Source: Candidatus Methylomirabilis limnetica (GTDB lineage Bacteria; Methylomirabilota; Methylomirabilia; Methylomirabilales; Methylomirabilaceae). From it: a stretch of DNA of 32,000 nt. This document shows positions 8,528-15,094 of this stretch, one piece after another (positions within the stretch are counted from its first letter, which is position 1; each line of letters starts with the position of its first letter). The stretch covers positions 1 through 32,000 of the forward strand of contig NZ_NVQC01000030.1 in the NCBI RefSeq assembly GCF_003044035.1, read 5' to 3'. The notes below the pieces were generated by a model. The model made no database searches, was not told where the DNA came from, and was given only the letters and a program-made list of their open reading frames with translations. A program made the translations under genes and the position numbers.

Positions 8528-8695
8528 ATGTTCGTGACGTGGAAGGGGGACCACACACCTCGACACGTGCATGTCTACCGCGACGGACAGTTCATCGTGA
8601 CGTGGGATCTTGAGAACCTGAAACCGATGAAAGGCGAGGCACCCCGCAGGGTTATCGAACTCATTGGAGAGCTTGAGTCTGAGGGACGGCTATGA
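8528..8695 (+). CDS. Divergent DUF4160-like small protein
   Basis: MFVTWKGDHTPRHVHVYRDGQFIVTWDLENLKP... has the H-x-P-x-H-V-H motif of the second DUF4160 subtype. GAGGTGG (8516-8522) precedes ATG 8528. ATG 8501 is an alternative start. The stop overlaps the next start (ATGA). Confidence 0.65.
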   Translation: MFVTWKGDHTPRHVHVYRDGQFIVTWDLENLKPMKGEAPRRVIELIGELESEGRL

Positions 8696-9177
8696 AGATC
8701 CGAGCGGTGACCGGCAACAACCGCAAGAAAGTGTTTGAGGTCACAACCTCGACCAGGGCATGGGTCTTCCCCTACGCCAAACTCGACCCCCAGCCCACGG
8801 TCCAGGATCCCCTTGAACGGGTTTTCGTGGACCAGGAACTGAGCCGGGAAGGGTTCACGTATATTCTCACGTCGGGGATGGAGGGGACGGTGCACCTGGA
8901 GCAGGTCCTGGAATACAACCAGGATCCTGGCTACTTACGGGATGCACTCCTGTACAAGCTCACCATCGAAGCCCAACAGCGGGTTCAGGCCAGCCCCCTT
9001 TCGAAACGAGAGATCGTCCGTCGGCTGGGGACGTCTGCCACGCAGTTGTACCGCCTCATGGATCAAACCAACTATCGAAAAACGATAGACCAACTACTGT
9101 CCCTCCTTCATGTCCTGGACTGCGACGTCGATCTTGTTGTACGAGCTACCAGGGCGCGACCCGGCAGAGCTGCCTAA
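8692..9177 (+). CDS. 161-aa protein with a C-terminal XRE-type helix-turn-helix; N-terminal domain unassigned
   Basis: C-terminal SKREIVRRLGTSATQLYRLMDQTNYRKTIDQLLSLL is a typical HTH. The N-terminal ~100 aa (MKIRAVTGNNRKKVFEVTT...) is not recognised. The 4-nt overlap with the upstream DUF4160-like gene indicates a two-gene module. Confidence 0.7.
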   Translation: MKIRAVTGNNRKKVFEVTTSTRAWVFPYAKLDPQPTVQDPLERVFVDQELSREGFTYILTSGMEGTVHLEQVLEYNQDPGYLRDALLYKLTIEAQQRVQASPLSKREIVRRLGTSATQLYRLMDQTNYRKTIDQLLSLLHVLDCDVDLVVRATRARPGRAA

Positions 9178-9322
9178 GTCCCAATTGCGCATAAAAGGAT
9201 AACGTTTATCTTCCCTCTCCTGGCATCCACGCAGCTTCATTCGTCGTAGGCCCAAGATTTTCAACCTGCCTTTCGCTTTTTCCTTCCGGCAGAACGGCAC
9301 AGAATACCGCGTAAGAACCGTT

Positions 9323-9350
9323 TTGTCCTGTGTGTGGCTTAGACTATAAT
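9323..9350 (+). promoter_or_regulatory. Candidate promoter upstream of the adenosyltransferase gene
   Basis: TTGTCC (9323-9328), a 16-nt spacer, then the perfect TATAAT (9345-9350). A second candidate is TTGACA (9355-9360), 17 nt, TTTAAG (9378-9383). Pattern match only. Confidence 0.25.
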
Positions 9351-9470
9351 AGCGTTGACATTGTGGAAGGACGGCTTTTTAAGAGGAACACCTCATGCGG
9401 CACGGCCGCACCACGGCAGGTGAAAACCCTCTACCCCCTAAGGGGGGCGACGGGGGATTTGGACGAGTTG

Positions 9471-9494
9471 TCGGGTTACGCTACGCTAACCCGA
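9471..9494. repeat. Hairpin repeat TCGGGTTA-CGCTACGC-TAACCCGA
   Basis: Perfect 8-bp stem. The loop motif ACGCTACGCT also occurs at 421-430, at the edge of the 426-581 palindrome. Confidence 0.5.
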
Positions 9495-9514
9495 CCTACG
9501 GCTGAGCGCTGATT

Positions 9515-10057
9515 ATGAAGATCTATACGCGGAAGGGTGATAAAGGCGAAACTGGGCTGATCGGCGGGAAGAGGGTGTTGAAGTCCGCCCTTCGAGTCGA
9601 GGCCTATGGGGAGATTGACGAGCTGAACGCCGTCCTGGGCTGGATCAGGGCCAAATTGACGGACGAGACGATCAGGGCAGACCTTTTGCAGATCCAGCGC
9701 GACCTCTTCGCCGTCGGCGCGCAGCTCGCCGACCCGAGCGGCCATGTTGAAGAGAAGGCCGAGAAGACGGGAATCAGCGAGGGAAGGGTTCGAGAACTCG
9801 AAGGGATCATCGACCGGTACGATGCTGTGCTGAGCCCGCTGCGAGCCTTCATCCTGCCCGGCGGTTCAGAGTGTGGCGCGCTGCTCCACCTGACCAGGAC
9901 TGTCTGCCGGAGGGCAGAGCGGCGAATGGTCGCGTTGTCCCAGGACGTGCCGCTTTCGCCGGTGCTCATTGCTTATATCAATCGGCTCTCCGACCTCCTC
10001 TTCACCTTGGCCAGGGCGGCCAATCGTGAGGCGGGGATCGAAGAGATTCCTTGGTAA
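9515..10057 (+). CDS. ATP:cob(I)alamin adenosyltransferase, PduO type
   Basis: N-terminus MKIYTRKGDKGETGL is the hallmark of PduO/MMAB-type adenosyltransferases. At 180 aa the size fits. Confidence 0.88.
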   Translation: MKIYTRKGDKGETGLIGGKRVLKSALRVEAYGEIDELNAVLGWIRAKLTDETIRADLLQIQRDLFAVGAQLADPSGHVEEKAEKTGISEGRVRELEGIIDRYDAVLSPLRAFILPGGSECGALLHLTRTVCRRAERRMVALSQDVPLSPVLIAYINRLSDLLFTLARAANREAGIEEIPW

Positions 10058-10073
10058 CCACGGGGGGTGTAGA

Positions 10074-10604
10074 TTGCCGATCCTGAAGGTCGCGCGTCTA
10101 GGGCATCCGGTCTTGCGGCAGGTCGCACCGCCCGTCAGACCGGAGACGATTCGAGAGGCCGAGATCCAGCGCCTCATCGATGACATGATCGAGACGATGC
10201 GGGAATACGAAGGCGTCGGGGTTGCGGCGCCCCAGGTCCATGTTTCACAGCAAATTGCTGTGATTGAGTCGAAGGGGAACTCGCGCTACCCTGACGCCCC
10301 GGACATCCCGCTGACGGTCCTCATCAATCTGGAGGTAACCCCGCTCGCTCCGGCCCTGGATGACGATTGGGAAGGGTGTCTCAGTCTGATCGATTTCCGG
10401 GGGCAGACGCCGCGGTATCGGCAGGTACGGGCGAAGGCGCTTGATCGGGAGGGTCGACCGTTTGAATTCATCGCCACCGGGTTCCACGCGCGGGTGCTCC
10501 AACACGAACGCGACCACCTGCTGGGCAAACTCTTTATCGACCGGATGCCCAGTCTCGAGACCCTTTCATATCTTCCCGAGTTCAGCCGCTACTGGAGTCG
10601 CTAA
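10074..10604 (+). CDS. def: Peptide deformylase
   Basis: All three deformylase motifs are present: GVGVAAPQV, EGCLS and HERDH. The ORF opens at 9969 inside the previous gene. TTG 10074 (LPILKVARLGHPVL) follows GGGGGGTG and lies 17 nt after the adenosyltransferase stop. Confidence 0.88.
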   Translation: MPILKVARLGHPVLRQVAPPVRPETIREAEIQRLIDDMIETMREYEGVGVAAPQVHVSQQIAVIESKGNSRYPDAPDIPLTVLINLEVTPLAPALDDDWEGCLSLIDFRGQTPRYRQVRAKALDREGRPFEFIATGFHARVLQHERDHLLGKLFIDRMPSLETLSYLPEFSRYWSR

Positions 10605-11014
10605 GCGATGATACGCTGACCCGAGGCAATTTGATGAACCAGCGGTAGATCGGCGGGTGGAAATTGGTAGGCAGAGATTTCCGCCGGAGCAACCCAGCGA
10701 TAGGCTTCACACTCGAGGATGCGGGGTTCACCAGCCAGGATGGTGCACCGGTAAAAACGGAGTTGGATCTGGCGCCCAGCCTCGTGGTGCTCGGCGGAAG
10801 CCACCTGTTCTTCAACAGCGATAGTCAGCCCCAGTTCTTCCATGACCTCTCTCATCAGGCAGGCCTCGAAGCTCTCACCAGGCTTCCGCTTACCGCCCGG
10901 AAACTCCCACAGCCCCGCCAAGGGGACGTTGCCTAGACGCTGGGCAATGAGGATCTTCCCGTCCCGGACGATGAGGCCGGCCGCTACCTCGACGGTCGGC
11001 GCAACTTCAGACAT
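10601..11014 (-). CDS. mutT: NUDIX hydrolase, MutT-like (8-oxo-dGTP diphosphatase type)
   Basis: Canonical Nudix box GLWEFPGGKRKPGESFEACLMREVMEELGL. 137 aa. Its stop overlaps the def stop on the other strand. Confidence 0.8.
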   Translation of the reverse strand: MSEVAPTVEVAAGLIVRDGKILIAQRLGNVPLAGLWEFPGGKRKPGESFEACLMREVMEELGLTIAVEEQVASAEHHEAGRQIQLRFYRCTILAGEPRILECEAYRWVAPAEISAYQFPPADLPLVHQIASGQRIIA

Positions 11015-11027
11015 GACGTGTTTTCCT

Positions 11028-11182
11028 GTAACTACTCAGGTGTTTAGGCTGAAGGCTGAAGGTTCTAAATTATCTCGCAAGGCACGAATCGAGCCATTCA
11101 AGACCTTTTCTGAGTTTTCTTTGATCACGCATAACTTACCCCTAAAAGCCTTCAGCCTTCAGCCTATCTACCTTGTAGTTAC
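11028..11182. mobile_element. MITE (155 bp) with a perfect 8-bp target-site duplication
   Basis: Left end GTAACTACTCAGGTGTTTAGGCTGAAGGCTGAAGG. The reverse complement of the right end is GTAACTACAAGGTAGATAGGCTGAAGGCTGAAGG. Flanked by GTTTTCCT at 11020-11027 and again at 11183-11190. The core is highly similar to the inverted copy at 26053-26219. Confidence 0.8.
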
Positions 11183-11189
11183 GTTTTCC

Positions 11190-11321
11190 TTATCCAGTGG
11201 ATAGGAGATGCACGATTCCCCGCATTGGGCAGATCGCGCAGTTGGGCTTGCGGGCGGTACAGATGAGCGCGCCAAAGTCCAGCGCAGGAGTCGCTGCTGG
11301 AATTTTCGCCTGATGGCGGGA
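11190..11321 (-). pseudogene. Remnant of an A/G-specific adenine glycosylase (MutY/Nth-type Fe-S cluster loop)
   Basis: A minus frame reads ...PALDFGALICTARKPNCAICPMRGIVHLLSTG*, close to E. coli MutY [29 protein letters not shown]. C-X6-C-X2-C spacing is kept but the fourth Cys position is Val. There is no start codon: TGA lies immediately upstream at 11322-11324, leaving only 43 codons. Confidence 0.55.
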
Positions 11322-11418
11322 TCAGGGAAGTGATTGTTGACGGGCGGCATGGGCCGTAGTATAAGAAGTTGTAGGGTCGATTTCAATACCATTCAGGCAT
11401 TCACCACCGGCTGTCAGC

Positions 11419-11473
11419 GTAAGGGCAGGGCTTGTGCCGTGCCCGGAGAGGGCGCAGCAAGCAGCGCCCCTAC
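11419..11473. repeat. Composite GC-rich hairpin repeat (family R2)
   Basis: GTAAGGGCAGGGCTTGTGCCGTGCCCGGAGAGGGCGCAGCAAGCAGCGCCCCTAC. The terminal GGGCGC-AGCAAGCA-GCGCCC hairpin plus CTAC recurs at 23404-23427 and 28586-28609. Confidence 0.7.
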
Positions 11474-11521
11474 ATCGCTAATAGCTGATTGCTGAACGAC
11501 TAAAAGGGAGTGAGGACATAG

Positions 11522-12994
11522 ATGGCGACGCAACTGATGAAACCGGAGCGATTTTTCCTGGAGAAGTTCGGGCTGACGGAGCGGCATCTGGAACGGGGAC
11601 TGGGGGCCGCCCTTGGCCGACAGATCGATGACGCTGATCTCTACTTCGAGTACCGGATCAGCGAGTCCATGCTGCTCGAGGAGGGGATAATCAAGCAGGC
11701 GACAAAGAACATCAACCAGGGGGTCGGCGTCCGGGCCCTCGCCCATGAGAAGACCGGGTACGCCTTTTCCGACGAGATCAGCGTAGAGAACCTGGAACTC
11801 GCCGGCGCCCGAGCCAAGGGGATCGCTGAGCGGGCGGGCGTTGGGACTCCTCCACCGGTGAAGGTTGGCGGCACGCCTCCCCATGATCTGTACCCGGTTC
11901 ACCTCCAGCCAATAGAGATTCCGCTGGAGAAAAAAATCGATCTGCTCCAGCGAATCGATGCCATCGCCAGGAGCGCAGACCCCCGGATCGTCCAGGTGAT
12001 GGCATCATTTGCCTGCGAGTCCAAGATCGTTCTGATCGCGACCTCTGCCGGCGTCATGGTCGGCGACATCCAGCCGCTCTCTCGCCTGAACATCACCTGC
12101 ATCGCCCAAGAGGGCGACAACAGGCAGGTCGGGAGCTGGGGCGGAGGCGGCCGGGCCGACTTTGAGTTCTTCCTGGAGGGGGGCCGCTTCGAGCGCTACG
12201 CCAAAGAGGCCGCCCGCCTGGCCATCATGAACCTCAGCGCGGCCGACGCGCCCGCCGGAACGATGGACGTCGTCCTCGGCCCAGGATGGCCCGGGATCTT
12301 GCTGCACGAGGCTATCGGCCACGGCCTTGAAGGCGACTTCAACCGGAAGAAGACCTCGGCCTTCTCTGATCGGATCGGGCAGCAGGTGGGCTCTCCGCTT
12401 GTTACCGTAGTGGACGATGGCACGATCCCCGGACGCCGTGGCTCGCTGAATATCGATGACGAGGGAACGCCGACCGGACGCACGGTTCTGATCGAGCGCG
12501 GGATCCTGCGGGGGTATCTGCAAGATCGCTTGAATGCGCGCCTGATGGGAATGGAACCCACAGGCAACGGCCGACGCGAGAGCTATGCCTATCAGCCGCT
12601 CCCACGCATGACCAACACATTCATGCTGCCTGGCGACTCGACGCAAGAGGAGATCATCAGATCTGTCAAGCACGGCCTGTACGCCGTGACCTTCGGCGGC
12701 GGCCAAGTGGACATCACGAGCGGCAAGTTCGTCTTTTCGGCCAGCGAGGCCTACATGATTGAGGACGGGAAGGTCACAATGCCGGTCAGGGGCGCAACGT
12801 TGATCGGCCACGGCCCGGATGTTCTCACCAGGGTTACCATGGTAGGCAATGATCTTTCACTGGACGAGGGGGTTGGGACGTGCGGTAAGGACGGTCAATC
12901 GGTCCCCGTAGGCGTGGGCCTCCCTACCATCAAGATCGAGGGGCTGACAGTGGGCGGGACCCAGGGCATGCCAAAGGGGGAGCGAAGCCAATGA
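11522..12994 (+). CDS. tldD: Metalloprotease TldD
   Basis: 490 aa with the HEAIGHGLEGD zinc motif and a typical TldD C-terminus. GGGAGTGAGGA lies upstream of the ATG. A 4-nt overlap joins it to pmbA. Confidence 0.92.
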   Translation: MATQLMKPERFFLEKFGLTERHLERGLGAALGRQIDDADLYFEYRISESMLLEEGIIKQATKNINQGVGVRALAHEKTGYAFSDEISVENLELAGARAKGIAERAGVGTPPPVKVGGTPPHDLYPVHLQPIEIPLEKKIDLLQRIDAIARSADPRIVQVMASFACESKIVLIATSAGVMVGDIQPLSRLNITCIAQEGDNRQVGSWGGGGRADFEFFLEGGRFERYAKEAARLAIMNLSAADAPAGTMDVVLGPGWPGILLHEAIGHGLEGDFNRKKTSAFSDRIGQQVGSPLVTVVDDGTIPGRRGSLNIDDEGTPTGRTVLIERGILRGYLQDRLNARLMGMEPTGNGRRESYAYQPLPRMTNTFMLPGDSTQEEIIRSVKHGLYAVTFGGGQVDITSGKFVFSASEAYMIEDGKVTMPVRGATLIGHGPDVLTRVTMVGNDLSLDEGVGTCGKDGQSVPVGVGLPTIKIEGLTVGGTQGMPKGERSQ

Positions 12995-14334
12995 TCAGCC
13001 GGCAGATCGTCGAGGAAGTCCTGCAAGAGGCAAAGCGAAAAGGCGCCACAGCGGCTGACTTGGTGCTGATCGAGAATGAGCTGGTCACAGCTCAGGTCAG
13101 GCTAAGGGAGACCGAAACGCTCCGAAGCGCCAAAGAGGTCCGACTTGGGTTGCGGCTTTTTTTCGACAAACGGTCGGCCACCAGCTCCACCTCAGACCTC
13201 TCCAAGGAGTCGCTCGCGCGATTGGTGGAGGATACTGCCGTCCTGGCAAAGGCAATCGCCCACGATGAGTGCTCGGGGCTGCCGCCGGCGGAAGAGTGCG
13301 CCAAGAGCATCCCGGATCTTGATCTGTACGATCCTGACGGCGAGGCCCTCACCGTCAAGGACCAGATCGATCGAGCCAGGACGGCTGAGGATGCGGCCCT
13401 GTCCTATGACAGCAGGATCACCAATTCCGAGGGGGCAGAGTTCGCGAGCAACCTCTATCGGATCATCTACGGCAGCAGCCAGGGCTTTCTGGGTGAGTAT
13501 CGAGGCTCGACCTTCAGCCTAGCGGTGACACCCATCGCCTCGTCTGAGGACGGCATGCAACGCGATCACTGGTACTCGCGCGCCAGGCACCTGGGCGCCA
13601 TGGAGTCGCCTGAAGCGATTGGGAAGCGGGCGGCCGAGCGAACCCTCAGGCGCCTGGGCGCACGGAAGATCAAGACCCAGGAGGTCCCGGTGATCTTCGA
13701 CCCTGATACCGCTGCCAATCTCATGCGCATCTTCTGTTCTGCGCTCTTCGGTCCAGCCCTCTACCGTGGGGCCTCATTTCTGATCGACAGGCTGGGTGAT
13801 CGGATCGCCGCTGAGAGTATCTCTATATACGACGATGGCACATTACCCGGCCATCTTGGCTCAAAGCCGTTCGATGGCGAGGGACTCCCAACCCGCCGGA
13901 ATGCCATCGTAGAAAATGGCGTCCTGCGCAGCTACCTCCTCGATAGCTATTCCGCCCGCAAGCTCGGGATGAAGCCGACCGGCAGCGCGGCTCGAGGCGC
14001 CGGCGATTCCCCAACCCCCTGGCCGACGAACTTTTACCTTCAGTCCGGGTCGCACGAGCCGGCTGAGATCATTCGATCGGTGGACGCCGGACTCTATGTC
14101 ACCGAACTGATCGGTTTCGGCGTGAACCTCGTCACAGGAGACTACTCGCAGGGCGCGGTGGGGTTCTGGATAGAGAAGGGTGAGCTGACCTACCCGGTAG
14201 AGGAGATCACCATCGCCGGTAACCTCAAGGAGATGCTCTTGGGGATCGAGATGGTAGGTAATGACCTGATATTTCGCAGCAGCGTCGTCGCCCCCACCCT
14301 CAAGATCCGCCGCATGACCGTCGCCGGGCACTGA
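12991..14334 (+). CDS. pmbA: Metalloprotease PmbA (TldE)
   Basis: 447-aa TldD/PmbA-family protein lacking the HExxH motif, translationally coupled to tldD, as expected for PmbA. Confidence 0.9.
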   Translation: MISRQIVEEVLQEAKRKGATAADLVLIENELVTAQVRLRETETLRSAKEVRLGLRLFFDKRSATSSTSDLSKESLARLVEDTAVLAKAIAHDECSGLPPAEECAKSIPDLDLYDPDGEALTVKDQIDRARTAEDAALSYDSRITNSEGAEFASNLYRIIYGSSQGFLGEYRGSTFSLAVTPIASSEDGMQRDHWYSRARHLGAMESPEAIGKRAAERTLRRLGARKIKTQEVPVIFDPDTAANLMRIFCSALFGPALYRGASFLIDRLGDRIAAESISIYDDGTLPGHLGSKPFDGEGLPTRRNAIVENGVLRSYLLDSYSARKLGMKPTGSAARGAGDSPTPWPTNFYLQSGSHEPAEIIRSVDAGLYVTELIGFGVNLVTGDYSQGAVGFWIEKGELTYPVEEITIAGNLKEMLLGIEMVGNDLIFRSSVVAPTLKIRRMTVAGH

Positions 14335-14548
14335 ACCGAGCGCACGCCCCTCTATTCTCCTGGGTCATTGCGAGTGCCAGACGGGCGCGATGCGATAGTG
14401 TATCCTTCTTTCACCCCACCGCCTTGACCGAATCCGAGCTCTGGATCTGCTTTCCCCTTATGGTCTCCCCGATCATGGAGGCACTCGTGATTCCTCTTGG
14501 TCTATCGTGGATATCAATGTATCCTCATAACAAGGAGGATAAGACGAT

Positions 14549-14833
14549 ATGGGAAAGAAACAAACCGTCAGCGTGGTCTTAGATGCTGAGGTGGCGGACG
14601 CCCTGAAAGCGGAAGCGGTGGGTCGGGACCGTAGCATGAGTTGGATCGTAAACCGCCTCCTGGGTGCAGCCCTCCGGCCTCCCCATCGGATCACCCTTGA
14701 GGAAGTGCTACCCGAGGACCCCGACTGGGAGATCATCCATGCGCGCCGCCACGAGCCGCTCGCCAACTTCGACATTTATCACCGGGAGCGGGTGAAAAAG
14801 AGCGGACTGCGAAAGACCGCACGAGATGGCTGA
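14549..14833 (+). CDS. Ribbon-helix-helix (CopG-like) antitoxin
   Basis: N-terminal KKQTVSVVLDAEVADALKAEAVGRDRSMSWIVNRLL shows the RHH pattern. AAGGAGGA lies upstream. An 8-nt overlap joins it to the RelE/ParE-family gene. Confidence 0.7.
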   Translation: MGKKQTVSVVLDAEVADALKAEAVGRDRSMSWIVNRLLGAALRPPHRITLEEVLPEDPDWEIIHARRHEPLANFDIYHRERVKKSGLRKTARDG

Positions 14834-15092
14834 TGCCTACAAGGTCCGTTTCCGCAGCCGCTCTGTCCGTAAAGAGCTGGATAGCCTGGACGATGACACG
14901 TATCTCCGTATTGTGGCAGCGATCCACCGCCTTCGGGAGAATCCTCGCCCGCCAGAGACGAAAAAACTCACCGGGCAGGAGGTCTACCGCATCCGACTAG
15001 GCGACTACCGGGTCCTCTACACGGTAGATGACAAGGCGAAAGAGGTACGGATTGAAGCGGTCCGCAGGCGGAACGAACGGACATATGACTGA
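14826..15092 (+). CDS. RelE/ParE-family type II toxin
   Basis: 88 aa with LRENPRPPETKKLTGQEVYRIRLGDYRVLYTVDDKAKEVRIEAVRRRNERTY, the typical RelE/ParE C-terminal pattern. Confidence 0.75.
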   Translation: MADAYKVRFRSRSVRKELDSLDDDTYLRIVAAIHRLRENPRPPETKKLTGQEVYRIRLGDYRVLYTVDDKAKEVRIEAVRRRNERTYD

Positions 15093-15094
15093 CA

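Noticed and set aside
9351-9514. Cobalamin riboswitch upstream of the adenosyltransferase gene
   Set aside because: Only loose resemblance to the 5' conserved segment (AAGAGGAA, GGTGAAAACCC). No B12-box-like sequence (GCCACTG-type) was found. Parts of the leader match dispersed hairpin repeats. It is kept as a low-interest leader finding instead.
9969-10073. N-terminal extensions of def (9969), the propeller gene (17438), the cca-family gene (28540), GT4 (30749) and glgB (1168) as annotated by the longest ORF
   Set aside because: Each extension overlaps either the upstream gene or a repeat element. Each is followed by an internal start with a better ribosome-binding site and an N-terminus matching the family.
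11168-11392. 74-aa minus-strand ORF
   Set aside because: It begins in unassigned spacer, runs through the mutY remnant in a different frame and ends inside the MITE terminus. The neighbouring frame carries the Fe-S-loop similarity.
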